Shown: in pieces, positions 1 through 13,787 of the stretch
Position numbering within the stretch: the stretch's first letter is position 1
How the letters are laid out: every line of letters starts with the position of its first letter
DNA from: Owenia fusiformis
Taxonomy: Eukaryota
NCBI GenBank assembly: GCA_903813345.2
Contig: CAIIXF020000001.1
Coordinates: 48,732,001-48,796,000 of the forward strand
Reading direction: 5' to 3'
DNA length: 64,000 nucleotides
Notes under the pieces: generated by a model
Databases searched by the model: none
The model's input: only the letters and a program-made list of their open reading frames with translations
Told to the model about the DNA's origin: nothing
Position numbers and translations under genes: made by a program

Positions 1-121
1 CATCGGACAGCATCATTTAGAATTAGAAGTATTTTACTTATGATCACTGGAATATCCTTAAACCATAATTAAGAAGTACTTTTACTTAAAAGTATATGCT
101 TAAATATTATCAGTGAACATA

Positions 122-1111
122 CAGTGTGTCTCAAAAAAAATGTTACACTAACAAAAAGTTCAATATCTTTCATAATTTTGACTTTTCCCCAAAAATATAC
201 CTTGGATACCAAAAGACAAATGTTTCTCAAATAATTTGAGACCATCAGATTCAAAATATGTCCTTGATTGGCTCCACAGGACAGCTTTTAGTGTCCCATG
301 GTAAAATCTCACTTGCGCCAACTTCTAAGTGATTGGATGGACCAAATGACAATAGAGGAACAGTTTTTTTAAAAATATTTTACTTTCTTCTGAGTAGAAG
401 CTTTGCTTTTAACTGAGTCATTCTGTAATTTTCCTATTTGTCTCTCATATGATCATTGGGTCTATTCATATAAACATGTGGTCCCCTCAACATGTGCTCC
501 AAAGTAAATCTGAGATACCCTTGCCCATGCGCACATGCATTGTAATATCACATTGATTCCATCAATTACTTTTGCAGAAGTTCATTTAGATCAGTTTGTG
601 ATGCTGTAAAGCGCTTTCAGAGGCCCTTCAAAAAGTCAAGGGTGTAAAGTGGGATGACCCTGGGGACCAATTGCAATCCATTTTGTAATTCAATGCTATC
701 TTCTGATTTCCAAAGAGTTCTACCAAACAATCTGCCACAGGCGCAAATTGCACCATCCTGTTGCCATCATACGTAACAAAATTGAAAACTCTGACAATGA
801 AATCTTGTATTTCTATCCAGGAAAGAAACAACTGGATCATTGATCATATCAAGATATCACTGTCCACAGCATTCAGACCAAAAAAGAATTGATCACCACA
901 ACCAACCACCGAGACGTTGGCGCAAATCTGATTTCACATGCGTCTATAAAATCTGTTCTATGCAGCCAATCATGGACGGATTTTGAATCTGATGGTGTGG
1001 ATTTATTTGAGAAAGACTGGTCTTTTGGTATCTAAGTATATTTTGGGGAAAAGTCAAAATTATGAAAGATATTGAACTTTTTGTAAATGTAACATTTTTT
1101 GAGACACACTG
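122..1111 (-). mobile_element. Non-autonomous Tc1/mariner element with degenerate transposase remnant
   Basis: Terminal inverted repeats of ~140 bp (CAGTGTGTCTCAAAAAA... / ...TTTTTTGAGACACACTG) flanked by TA (120-121, 1112-1113). Minus strand interior reads WQQDGA and, in another frame, WSPGSSHFTPLTF, resembling the Tc1/mariner QQDGA and WPxxSPDLxPxD catalytic motifs; frameshifted. Confidence 0.85.
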
Positions 1112-1244
1112 TAGAAACACATCATGAAGAAGTATTTTTACTTATGGCCACTGAAACATTATATACAAATATTGAATTCTGTGAAGTTGAATATCTGTAT
1201 TTATTCCATAATACTACTGTTTTCCCAGGGAAATATGAAGGAAT

Positions 1245-1592
1245 AAAAATCGTATTGAATCGTATTACATGAAAAAATCGTATTGTCCCCGGGAAAAATC
1301 GTATTGGAGCGTATAACATGGAAAATCGTATTGTCCCCGGGACAAAAAATCGTATTGGAACGTATTAACCTATTTTTGGTTTTCCCGGTTATTTTTAACC
1401 TTGACTAATTGATAAAAGCATTATCCAAATGTAACATTTAAGGAGGAATGTTTTATGGAATAAATAGGTTATTTCTGGTCGGGATTGAATATGGGTTTTA
1501 TTCCTCGGAAAATATGATATTGACCTTGGGAAATATCATATTGTCCCTCGGAATAAAACCCATATTCAATCCCTCCCAGTAAATAACCTATA
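1245..1592. repeat. Short tandem array (AAAAATCGTATTG core) followed by ~130-bp imperfect hairpin; non-autonomous element of uncertain class
   Basis: Six AAAATCGTATTG cores at ~1246-1360; hairpin ATAGGTTATTT..GGGATTGAATATGGGTTTTATTCC / GGAATAAAACCCATATTCAATCCC..AAATAACCTAT at ~1464-1590. Confidence 0.6.
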
Positions 1593-1649
1593 TATATTTC
1601 TGAGGGTGTATTCACAGCAGCGAGGGCGAGGTGAATACATCCCTAAGAA

Positions 1650-2500
1650 ATATCACGAAATTCGGTAGGGATATAGTGAAGCCCTCCGTCCGTCCGGAAG
1701 ATAACTGGAATACTAGTGAACGGATTTTCTTCATATTTGGTGGAAAGATGTATATTGGTCAATAGTTGTACGCAACAAAAACATTTCCAGGATGGCCGCC
1801 GCTTTAAAAATGGCGGGAATTTTTCATTTTAAGCCAAAGTAATAAATATTGTTGTTTGAGGTAGTATATTCACAACATCTATCTTTTTCATATACATTCC
1901 AGTATTTTCACCATGACCCCCAGTGGCCCTGTATGGTTGGTCGGGAAAATGGGAATTTGCGCTAATTTTAAGATATTTCCAGTAAAGTATAGCTTAATTA
2001 TACTCAAATGAAAGGAACTTTAAAGTAGATTGTAAATATTGTACCGGTTTTGTAATTTCGGACTCGAAAAATTCAAAATGGCCGCCTTATGTGAGATTTC
2101 GCAATAATTTTCTGATCTCTTTAAAGTATTATAAAGTATTATACTCAAATTGAAGAAAGTTTCGGGTAGATCATTAATGGTATTGTCTTTCTGATTTGTG
2201 CCTCAGAAAATTCAAAATGACTGACAACAAGAATTTGCGTTAATTCTGAGATCTTTCTGACGTATAGCTTTATTATTCTCAAACGAAAGGTAATTTAGAG
2301 TAGATTGGAAATATTGTATCGGTTTTGAAATTTGGGCCTCTTAAAATTCAAAATGGCCGCTGCCTTATGTGGAATTTCGCAATAATTTTTTGATCTCCAA
2401 AGTATGGCTATATTATTCTCAAATTGAAAGAAATTTAGGGCAGATCACTATTTGGTATAGTTTTCCTGATTTTTGCCTCAGAAAATTCAAATTGCTTTTA
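1650..2500 (+). mobile_element. Helentron-associated (HINE/Pearl-like) element with internal ~138-bp tandem subrepeats
   Basis: GTCC microsatellite seed (CCGTCCGTCCG) near 1686, followed by repeated AAAATTCAAAATGGCCGCC-type units at ~2068, ~2208, ~2343, ~2482. Boundaries approximate. Confidence 0.5.
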
Positions 2501-4427
2501 TTATTTGTGCCTTTAAATGGTCACTCAACTGCTTTTAAAATTGGTAGAAAATCTGATATATCTCTAATGTTTTCAATGTTTATATTTTTTGTGACAAATA
2601 CAGATTCATATATGTTATAGTGTTCCTTTGGATTTGCTACTCCGTGGAGTTGCCGTTTTCTAGTTATTTCAGCTTTAGTGCACTGCATGTAACAGCCCAA
2701 GTACAGTGTAGACATTGAACATAGAAGAGAATTTGTAAGTTAGCTTAGCTCAATACTGTAGGTAGCAACACAAAATAAAAAATTGCTTTATAATAACTAT
2801 ATTGAAAACAAGAAGTTAGAGAATCTATGATGATATGTTCCATTCTAAATACGTGTATTGCAATTGGAGTACCTTTTAAAAATACCATAAAGGATGTAAC
2901 ATATCAGTAATATGTGGACGAAATGTAAATGTACCTTGAGAAATTTGAAGAAAAAATGAAGATCGCTGAAGAATTTCTTGTCACAAGAGATAATGGGAAC
3001 AGCAACAGATTTTTATACCTATTATAGATATATTGATAATCTAATAATCTTGATTTCCTACAATCCAAGCATTTTATAAGTAATTAAGTATCGTTTAATT
3101 ATTATCGCAGCCTTAGGTACTATATTGTGATCAGTTTGCTGGGCGTCCCGATGAATTTTGTCTTCAGGTTTCCAGCCAAATCATTTTAGGGATTCATCAG
3201 AAAGTTTCATAGATGTTTCAATCAAGGAAAGTTGAGAAGTGATTATCTTTTGGGCATTCTGGGTAAATGTATTCTATTCAAGGGTGCGATTATGTTCAGT
3301 CAGTGTCTTGTTTGAAATGTGCCTTCTAATCTCTAATTACAAATGTTAATTGTACGCACCGATCAAAACTGACGACATGTAGACTAAAGTTTTGAACGGA
3401 GTCCACGCCCCCATCCCTAGTCTTGCTCAAAGACTGTATCCACCAGACATGCTTTCTTGTAGTGAGTTTTAGTTCGTAATACTTTTTATTTTATGCTTTT
3501 AAACCTTTGTTATGAGAAGGATTTAAGTTTAGAAAAGTATTTCTATACACAACAAGATAAAATCATGGAAATATAAGTGCAAGTATGAGGAACTATTCTT
3601 GACAGTGAAGAGGCAATAGCCATGTGCTGCTCTAAGAACAACAAAGAATCTGATTGGCTGATCAAAAGGTGTTAAGAGATAACCATCTAGCATGAATAAT
3701 TCATATCAGTGTCAACTTACTGGTGGTTACAAGACCCTAAAGAGAAGGATAAAGGGGGGGGGGAGTACAGGGTCTTTTAAGCAAGACTACCCCATCCCCA
3801 GCTATTGGACATTGAGTCCGTTTTTGTTAAATCAGGTGGGTTTCCAAAATGTCGGCGACAGAAAACAGTGGCTGTTAGAAATCGTGACGTAAAAACTACA
3901 TAAACTGCTGCCGTGCTTATACTAAGCCATGGATAAGTATTAAAAGGGATGGCGTCATCGAAGAAATGAAAATGATCATTTCGTTATTCGTAATAACCCG
4001 CGTACTAAAGACAAAGATTTGCCTAAAACGGTTTACATTAGTTGAAGTTTTGTGTTCTACTCACTCAGCACAAATGATAGAGCGTCATTAAACGATCCAC
4101 ATTCTGATAAATCAGTCTCTCTATATCTAGAGCTTGTGAGAGAGGGATTGCCTACAAATATGGGGGCCCTTATATGAGAAAAATAACTGTAACATTTAAA
4201 TCATTTATTGATATTAAACAGTGGCCATATTCTACATTGGAAGACCAATGGGTTTATAAACTCAAACACCGTCAACCATCATGATAAACCTTGACTCAAA
4301 TCTTCTCAGCCCTTCAGGTGAAACAGAAAGATGCTATGAGTATCAGAATGACTGACAATGGTCTACACTCGAAGACTGGATATACACTGCAAGATATGCA
4401 ACAATTTTAACAATTTTTGTACATAAC

Positions 4428-5072
4428 TTTATATAGAGAACGACTCCGTACGTCCATCTGTCAAGGCAATAACTCAAATACCGTTGGACCAATATAGTTT
4501 ATATTTTATACGTATATGCCCCATGTGAGTACAAGTTGTACTCGAATGCCGATTTTAAAATTTGCCACCCGTTTCAAAATGGTTGCCAATTTTGTGTCGA
4601 TTTTACAGTATATTAGGAACAACATATAAAACTGTACAATATTTATTTGTTATTAATGCATAAAATCATATAGGATTTTGATTAAGTTGAAATATATTTA
4701 TTAAACAATGGCGGCCATCTTGAAAAATGGTGGCCGTTACAAAATATCTTAAGATATTTGCCGTAACTGGAAAAGTGGTTGAGTGATTTTTTTCATATTT
4801 GATATGTGAATACTTATAAGCATGGTCCACTCTCTAATTACATTTGGCAAGTAGGCGGCCATTTTGAAATTTTGTTGAAATTTTATAGAAGCATATTCCG
4901 GGAGCATAATCGTAATACACTTTGCAAAGACACTTTGGCTAGTCAGCGGCCATTTTGAAAAATGGTAGCCATTTTTATGTGTGTTATTTTACTTTTTTGG
5001 TATAGCTAAAACCTAGTGTAAATTTTAATCAATTTACTAGAAATCGCCATATACGGAAATGGTGATTGCTAG
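4428..5072 (+). mobile_element. Non-autonomous Helitron-like element
   Basis: TATATA-type start followed by CCGTACGTCC, internal GGCGGCCATYTTGAAA repeats, and a 3' hairpin (AATCGCCAT...ATGGTGATT) followed by CTAG (5069-5072) then T. 5' boundary approximate. Confidence 0.5.
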
Positions 5073-6139
5073 TGACTCTAAATCAAACTGTTTATTGCTG
5101 ATACGGTAAACAGTTTTAAGCATTCTTCTTGGATGTGATTAATCAGTTCCCTTGACGTATGATCTCTGAAGGGAATGGGGGCTTGACAGTTGTATTTTAC
5201 AGTGTCGAATATTTCTCGAGAAAAATTTGAATTCAAGCCGTAACCTCAATTATCTGTCGACGGCTAGAGAAAATACAAATGCGTGTAATTAGCGAACTTA
5301 CAGGTGACTCTTGTGAATTTAACTACGTCCTAATTTCCTAACAGGCTCAAGCAACAAAACTGATTGCCGCGGTAATAATCACATGGTCTTAGGAGTGTTC
5401 GAAACGAAGGACTATGATAAATTAAAAAGATCGATAAAACTAGTGGATGCTACAGAGATTGCATTTGTAGTCAAGACACGGGTCTCAAAGTACTTTACAT
5501 ACATTCTAATCTAGGAAATCACCAGAATTTACAAAGTTACCCATGATGATGACACCGAGTATTACATACAAATTAAGTAGATCGTTTGTTATGTGGTTTT
5601 ACGAAACTCTTTATAAATACATACATCATTTACTAACTTGTCACATCTCGTCACTTGTGTCACAAAATGACGATGAGCAAATATTGGCACACATGGTTGT
5701 AAAGGCAATATCCATTATGATTATTACGCTCTGATAAGCATCTATCCAAGGAAATACCTAGATGAACATGGACTTATTCAGGATTTATTTTAGATTGTTA
5801 TTGGGATGGGAATTTGGGTTGCTGATCAACTCACTTCATGGCAGAAGTTTCACATCTTCCAATATCACAAACGACAAACTTTAGTGAATCATTTCTATCT
5901 AGACAGTTTATCAGTTTTTTATTTATATTTTTGATATAAGAACTAATACATGAATGTATGTAATAAATACATGACAATAATAAAAAATGGACCAACATTT
6001 AAAATGTTCCTGTAGATGTAATATACCATATTGGTATCAGTATTGCCTAGGTCACATTTGCCCCGATTCATCGGCGGGCCCGGCCGATTGATTATTTTGT
6101 TCAAAATTGAAGGTCAAATCTCACATTTTAGGTCGATGT

Positions 6140-6235
6140 TAGCCTTGCCCAAGTCGGTATTTTTTACTTATCTGATCTTGAATTATTCATAATAGAAATC
6201 AAGATAAGTAAAAGAGACCGACTTGGGCAAGGCTA
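6140..6235. mobile_element. 96-bp palindromic MITE, TAG...CTA termini, perfect 9-bp TSD
   Basis: TIR TAGCCTTGCCCAAGTCGGT / ACCGACTTGGGCAAGGCTA; TSD GGTCGATGT at 6131-6139 and 6236-6244. Confidence 0.9.
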
Positions 6236-7257
6236 GGTCGATGTGAACTCCTGAGAAATTGCACATGATTTAAAAAATTTGGTCAATTTGAATCAAGTTG
6301 AAATCAGTTTAGATTTCAAGTTTTTTCAACATGTAGGTCGATTGGAGGTAACATATTTGGGACCGAGACACATTTAGAAGTGTTCGACTTCAGTGTTGGG
6401 GAGGTGTTCGGATATACAGGTTTCACTGTATAAGTACTTGTACTTTAAGTAGAAACATCAATTTTTGTATCTGTAGCTGCGAGGTCTTTGCCCTTAACGT
6501 GTTTGATCAGATTAACCTGAACTGCAGGAATTCTATTATTGAACAATCATAGTCTGTGTCACCTCAGGTGTCTAGAGCCTAATACAAGCAGATGAAGCTC
6601 TCTTTTGAGAAGCTAAGACGAATATTGGAAAGGGCATGATACTGTGTGCGTTTACACAGATATTATGTTGTTATATGTTTATAACATTTGCTTTGATATT
6701 TTACGTATTTTCCTTGTTTGATGTTTTTAAAAAATTGCTTTAAATGCTATTTTATTTTTTCTATTTGATGTTTATACCATTCGATGATTTTTTTCTTTGA
6801 TGTTTTTGAATATTTACAATAGATGTATACCAAATGTAATGTTAACATTGAATTTTGATAACTTCTACATCGTATTGTTTTAGGCCCCGACACTCAGGGT
6901 AAGATCTCTCTTGATGACAAACACGCTCTGTTTGTCCCATTTGCCGATTAACTAAAATATAAAGAACATCGACGTTTCCGATTTACTTCTATCAGATATT
7001 CCTTGTTTTCGAGCGTATATCAAATTGCGTCTTGCACAACACAAACTAGCAATGCAAATTGATGTGACACATTTGTACTTGACTAACTAAATGCGAGAAG
7101 GTCGACATCACGAAGATGTCTAAAATAACCAAGGTCGTGTTGTTCTGCCTTGGATGCCATCTCCTACACCCGGGCTCCTACACATCCTTCATTTAAACAA
7201 AATTTGGCTACATTGCATCTACATACACCACATCATAAGCCGTAAAGGATGATATGC

Positions 7258-7444
7258 CAGGCCCGTAGCCAGGATTTGCCAAGGAGGGTTCACTTTTTGA
7301 AAAATTCCAGGGGAGTTCACTTGTGACAATTTTGGTCCAAAATGGCCAAAATCACTTAAAAAGTGCTCAGAATGGTGAAAAACGGCATGATTTTGAAAGA
7401 TGTTTTGGCCAGCAGGGGGGCGAACTCCCCTGGCTACCGGCCTG
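7258..7444. mobile_element. MITE with CAGGCCCGTAGCCA termini and 5-bp TSD (hAT-like)
   Basis: TIR CAGGCCCGTAGCCAGG / CCTGGCTACCGGCCTG; TATGC on both sides. Related partial copies at ~9400, ~35868, ~60004. Confidence 0.75.
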
Positions 7445-7722
7445 TATGCTGTAATGTTTTAGTTTTCCCGACCTTGTGAGCTCATAATACATAATACTTA
7501 TAATACTTATCCTGAAGACACTTAGTGTTTATCGACAACTGTGACAACATTTTATGCTCGTTTGTTTGGATTATTGTGTATGATGATTGAAAAATCTAGT
7601 GTCAGGAAAATATAACTTTTATGAGTTTTTAGTTGCAAGAATATATTATGTTACTATCGTAACGTGGTAATCTCTAATGTATGTATGTAATCTCTTCTAG
7701 AGTAAAGTGGTTTATATATATA

Positions 7723-8312
7723 CAGGGTGTCTCAAAAAATGTACCCAAAACTATATCAAGAGCACAGATAAACCAATCAATATTTTCAGACATTTTTGCA
7801 TGAAAGTTTTCTCCCCAATACACCATTTTTTCAGTCTTGTCTTTTTGATGCTTTAACCCTTTACCTTTTACACCACATAATCGTGTGTAACCTCATATTT
7901 CGATGACAGCCTGTATCCTAACTACTACATTGTTCATCACATTTGATAATAATTCTGGTGTAATGTTTTGGATTTCTCTTTGGATGTTGAGTTGTTAAGT
8001 TGTTCTTAAGTTGTTCTTGTTCCTTCAAATAGCCACAGAGAAAGATGTTTGAGGATGACGATGGCAGAACAAACACAGATGAACAATGTAGTAGTAAGGA
8101 TGCTGACTGTCATCGAAATATGAGGTTACATTGACTATGTGGTGTAAAAGGTAACGGGTTAAAGTATCAAAAAGGAAAAACTAAATTAAAAACTGTGTAT
8201 AGGGGAAAACTTTCATCTTTTATCTACAAGACCATGCAAAAATGTCTGAAAATATTGATTGGTTTGTTTATGGTGTTGATATAATTTTGGGTACATTTTT
8301 GGAGACACCCTA
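7723..8312. mobile_element. Tc1/mariner-type MITE with long inverted arms
   Basis: TA-CAGGGTGTCTCAAAAAATGTACCCAAAA / TTTTGGGTACATTTTTGGAGACACCCT-; inverted similarity extends ~200 bp inward (e.g. TGTAACCTCATATTTCGATGACAG / CTGTCATCGAAATATGAGGTTACA). Confidence 0.85.
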
Positions 8313-11300
8313 TATACGATCGCGAGTAGATGGATAAAACAATTAAATGTATCTAATATTAAATTGTCTCAACGTGTTTCCAACAATTCACTTTTCTCGT
8401 TCATTTTTATCCTTCCTCATCAGTTTAAGGTTTCAATCATCAGTATACCACGGCAAACTTAAAAGACATCACCCGGGACCTCTGGAACAGCCCAGGGGAC
8501 AAAGGCTTGGATAGAGAAAATGATGGCGATAATAGACCTGTTAGAGTCAGTCAATTTAAATGCTTTAGGATTTGATTTATAGCACAGACATATGTATAGG
8601 TAAACGAACATTAACTTAGCTCTGTTTTTGTCATGGATATTACTCAACAGTTATATCGAATATCTAGAATATGATTTTTCCTGTTATCGTAATTATCCAT
8701 CCTCCGCTGCCACCAATTATCGCATAATGGAAGATGATTTAAGTAAATTAAACCCCTGGGTGAAGTAAGTAAACGCTGACATTTTGAGTCAACGTGACCT
8801 GGAAACACCTAATTGACCTTGAAAGAATATTTTGTAGATTGAGAATGTATGAAGCAAATCTACTCAGTGATTTCTCCATGCAGCTTCATTTGCCATTCAC
8901 TATCATAATTGTTAGATTATTTCCATCATATCGATAACACAAATACCTGTCATTGTTTCATTTGTGTCAAATATTTGTTAATCTGAATGGAGAATAATAA
9001 TAGCCCGTTTATACAGCTTATGATTGTGTAATAATAGTCATATTCAATACCATGGACCATACCATACCATTTACTAAAACAAACTTTAGCAGGGACGATT
9101 TGCAAAGATTTTATCTTTTCGTTTATTGATGAATAATTTGTTTGTAAAAACTGAAGTTGTATGAAAACGACAGATGACCTAATTATGACACCTTCCGAGT
9201 CCCCCTCAACCTCCTTTCATTTCATTATTTAGCCTGATAGATGGGTAACAGTTATTAGTGGAGGGGACAATTTCCTTATTTGGTGCTTGAAACAGGGGTA
9301 ACAGTTATTAGTGGAGGGGACAATTTCTTTATTTGGTACTTTACACAGGTGTTGCAGTTTAGTGACGTTGGTAAATTTCTTTATTTGGTGCTTGATACAC
9401 AGGCCCGTAGCCAAGGGGGGGGGGGTCCTGGGTAGAAATTATTTCAAAACCATGCAGTTTTTTATCATTCTGGGCTCTTTTCGCATGGATTTTCACAAAA
9501 ACTGTCAAAGAGCAACTGAAACCTTGTGAATCAGGATGACCAGGAGGGGAGAGGGCGTTGATCCTAATGAACCGAAATCACTCAATTTTAACCAGTTGGG
9601 TAAAGCATACAGTATAATGGAAGTGAGAGCCCTTGGAGAAATTATGCTTGGTAGAAAAACGCCTTCACTAAGTACAGGCCATTAGTTATTCCCCAGGTGA
9701 ACCTTCAACCCAATTTTGTGACTGATATACATTGATATAAGAATCACATGGGATGCGAATCAGATCATTTGCTCTATCAGCAAATCCAATAAATATTCAC
9801 TGAGGATCTCATTCATTAACAGAAATCATCCATTCTTATTTTCGAAACAAGTTTCAGAAGTGACGATTTATACATTGAATGATTCCCTCACTAATATATT
9901 GCTTCTATCTTCGTTAGCCTTTTCAATTATGAGTCACACATGATGGCGTTGTTTACAGGTTCTACTTACCATTTTAATTGTTTGATTTCGTCTCTTTGGG
10001 GAGGCCCTCGTTCAAAAAATCGAACGTATAATTTGATGAAACAAATGTAAAAAGCTTTGAAATGAAAAATGCCAGAGTTTTCTTCTAATTGCTATCCTAA
10101 CATCCAGTAGATTGTTTCCGTAGCTTCTAGATATCAAATGTCAAAGTAAGTCAAAGAGGATGCTAAGTCGACTATAGCTAGCTTCGATATCAAATGTGAA
10201 ATCAGTCAAAGGAAATGGCAAGATGTCCATATACAATAGCTCTTACCAGAGACATATCAAATTTTAGAGTGAGTCGAAGAAAAAGTCGAGGTGCCCAAAG
10301 ACTATATATCCTTAGACGTAGGTATCAAATGTAAAGGTCATTAAAAGAGAAAGCGACAGCCATGCCCGTAGACTAAAGCACCTACATATCAAATTCTCCG
10401 CAAATGCTATTTAAGTCAAAATGTAAAAGGAAGACTAGAGTGCCAAGCTAATAAGTGATATGACATTTTACGTGACAAACTCCATGGAATAGCTAATGCG
10501 AAATTCGAACATAAATTTTACAGTTGCACATAGTATATAATTGAGCCATATGTTGCATGCTTACAAATGACTGCTTTTAGCATTCAGAATGGTTCTTGTT
10601 CAATTAATTATTGTAGGATCCTGATTTACGAAATTATCAGACAGCGTATTCTAAAGGTTACTTTGCGTTAATGTCATCAGAATAGCGCTGAGCAGTATGT
10701 AAACTCTTTTAGTTGCAGTTATTTGATTTATTTGGGGACACGATCTATTGTCAAGAGAGCAAATGGGACATTTAAACAGACACAAGAAAGGTTTTTTATT
10801 ATACAAAATGGCCTTTTGCCGCAGAATAGTTTAATCTACAATGATTCGATTATCAGCTTCAGTCAACTTTCAATTCCGTTTTATAATTGTCTTTAGACAT
10901 ATATTCTTTGACCATATCGAAATATTGACTTTCAAAAGGTAGTCTTCATTAAAGTTGCAAAAATGAGTTAATTTTTGTGTTGACTTAAACCAGCGTTCTC
11001 AATACTTGGCATAATCACCATATTTCCAATCAGACTTGTTCTACAGATAGTAAAGTACTAAACTACAATTTGCTTGCTGTCAAGTACAAACCCCCTATAC
11101 TTTATTTAGACGTATTAATCACTGAATAAAGGCCCAATTTATGCCTTCGAATCTATTCTCCTCCAATAAGTCAGGATATCAGATAGATCTTTAAATACGA
11201 AGTAATCTCCGCAAGGCCCGACATTCTAAGTATCTCTTTACCATCCTCTTTTAAATGGTCACTGTGAGATATTAAGTCGAGTAATCATTTTGCATTAAAA

Positions 11301-11388
11301 ACGATGACAATGTATAGCAACAATAAAATTCTGAGAAAAAGTCTTTTAAAGGTCCCGTGCAAAATACTTTTATCATCCAAACATTATA

Positions 11389-11784
11389 CAGGGTGTCAAA
11401 CAAGTCCCGTCCCCCTGCTACAGCCAAATCTTTAATGTATGGTACCTAGTGGGATATACCATTGGAAAAATCATCCAAAGTTATGTTAACTCACCAACCC
11501 TCAAGTATTTTGGATGAAATTTACCTACATTTTCACGATGTCTTTTATAGTTAGTTTACCCTCCTTAAACAGTTTTTATTGCATCAAAATGAGAAGGATA
11601 TGACCTCAGAAATATGTCCAAAAGTTAACCTTTTTTCGCATTCCACTTGAAAAAAATTGATTGACATGTGTCAGATATATGCCAACCAATGTAACTTTTG
11701 AAGACCTTTCCAATGATATATCACACTTGGTACCATATATGTTGTTTTTTGCTGTAGAGGGAGGCGGACTTATTTGACACCCTG
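11389..11784. mobile_element. Tc1/mariner-type MITE
   Basis: TA-CAGGGTGTCAAACAAGTCC / GGACTTATTTGACACCCTG-TA with internal inverted similarity. Confidence 0.85.
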
Positions 11785-12875
11785 TATATTGTGATTTAAA
11801 GGACTTCCCTAGATGTTTTTCTAAAATATATTTTTCGATTTTTTAAAAAGACGAGTACTTTTCAATTTGTAGATAGATCGGTATTTTGCCAATGTTTAGC
11901 AGTGTAGTAGATGTAGGTGAGCCCAAAAAAATGTTACTATATCGCCAAAACAATAGTCTGTCACTTTTATTTGACCTTTGTTTGGCATCTGTAAGCGTTC
12001 GGCGGTGGACCTTTGTAACAAATGGCAGGTAGTGACATTTTGCATGTAATGCCTTGTTTTAATAAAGTGCAAATAAATACAATTGCGGACCACATTTTGT
12101 TCCCATGTACCACTCCATTAGAAGGTGATGTGATTGTAACTTTACATAGGGCCTTTAAAGGTAAACCAGAAAGGAAAGAATATTTTGAGTTAATATCCTA
12201 CATCAATGTGTCATGCTCAAATGAGTTCAATATCTACACTGAATATAGAATACATGTGCATGCAGACAAACTGTTTCTGAATCTTGTTTGACAACATTTT
12301 TAAAGAACAGAACGATCAGAGACAATATAAAGATCCGTGTTAGGGTTATTACCACGCTGAGTAGACTTAGAATAAACGAGCGTGGCCATTTATCACATGA
12401 TAGAGCAACATAAACCAATTCTCACTTTAAAGGTCTGGGAATCAGAGGGGATTTAAATTTCCGTCGATGTGCGCTGAATACATTGGCAACGTTTTCCTGA
12501 ATTCTGTATGTAATAAAAGAGATCGTATTTGATTCTGCAGTAACATCTATGGCTAATCAATAGATAATGTAAATTCCGACAAAAATTAGAGATGATAGGA
12601 TTTGCATTGACTTATGTTTTAATTGTACTTTGTATTCATAAATAATTCCATTTCCGATTTTACAACAAAGCGAAAATAATTATTCACGATGTATGTTTTG
12701 AAGGCATTAATAGTTGTCGAGAAATAGCTGTAATCCAGTCGAGGATCTTACCAAACGTTGTGTGGCTCTTTCCGAGACGAAAACTCTAGAACCGAAGATC
12801 GCTACCAGTGTCCCCTTGCGCCAGCAGATACGAAGTTGGTTACTCTAAAATAACTTAATAGGATAAAGAAAATAT

Positions 12876-12963
12876 TGCCCTTTGTATTCGTTGGACTTTG
12901 TTTCTTAATTTAAGATAGCTTCGTTGCAATTGTAGTTTATAGCCAAACTCTGCGCGCATGGTA
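12876..12963. mobile_element. 88-bp mini-copy of TACCCT-terminus element with 9-bp TSD
   Basis: Ends match 27428-27503 and 41664-42033; TSD AGAAAATAT / AGAAAAGAT (8/9). Confidence 0.7.
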
Positions 12964-13787
12964 AGAAAAGATCGAGGACATTTTTGTATCCGGTCGCGAT
13001 ATAGTGGTTCGAATCCCGGTATCGGATTTTGCCATAAAGGATCATACGCAAAATAAATTACTGTGCTCTGTAGGTTTTTGCTCTGTTTGCATAACAGATC
13101 AGAACAATGGTGCCTGGTACAGAATATAATGACATGTAAATTGTACAATGTTTTAGTTTCTTTAGCAGTATTTCCTCGCTGTACCACGGGAGATGTACCA
13201 GGGACCAGTCTCTTAGTATAAATTGACTACAAGTTCATGCCTTTGCACAGAGACATTATGTTTTATATGTCTCTGCTTTGCATTGTGATACACTATTGAG
13301 CTATATTGGAAATATGCTCGGGAGATTAACGATACTTTTCGGTCAGGTTTGGTGTTAATATAACCGTTAATTCGTTGATCAATGAGGGATGATTTGCCTA
13401 TAACATACTACAGTATCTATGTGATATATGCATCTGCATTTATTTCCGTTTAAGACATGTGCTAGGATGATTGCTCGAATGTAATACAACTATACTGTTC
13501 TAACTCTGTTAACCGACATTAGATCATATCAAAATGTGGTTATAGTACATTTTATACATAGGCTGCTCGAACCATTTGATTAAACGTGTTCAGGCACTGA
13601 ATATTTAATGCCACTTTTGCAGTAATACGATGGAGGAGATATGGGATACATACGGAAAATAAACGTATATTTGCCTGTTCGCATGTGTGTGTCTAGAAAT
13701 TAACCACTCAAAATATCAGTTCCGTGAGTCAAATGTAATGTCTTCTCATTAAGTACTCCGTGAGAGGAGAGTCGAGAGAAAAGCATT

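Noticed and set aside
4300..4352. Segment shared with ~26415-26465 (TTCTCAGCCCT...GGTGAAACAGAAAGATGC...GAGTA.CAGAATG), considered as an RNA gene
   Set aside because: No tRNA/snRNA structure or Pol III boxes recognised; most simply a fragment of a dispersed repeat.
10125..10400. Diverged ~60-bp tandem repeats (ATATCAAATGT...AGTCAAAG)
   Set aside because: Old, degenerate minisatellite; no evident function and boundaries unclear.
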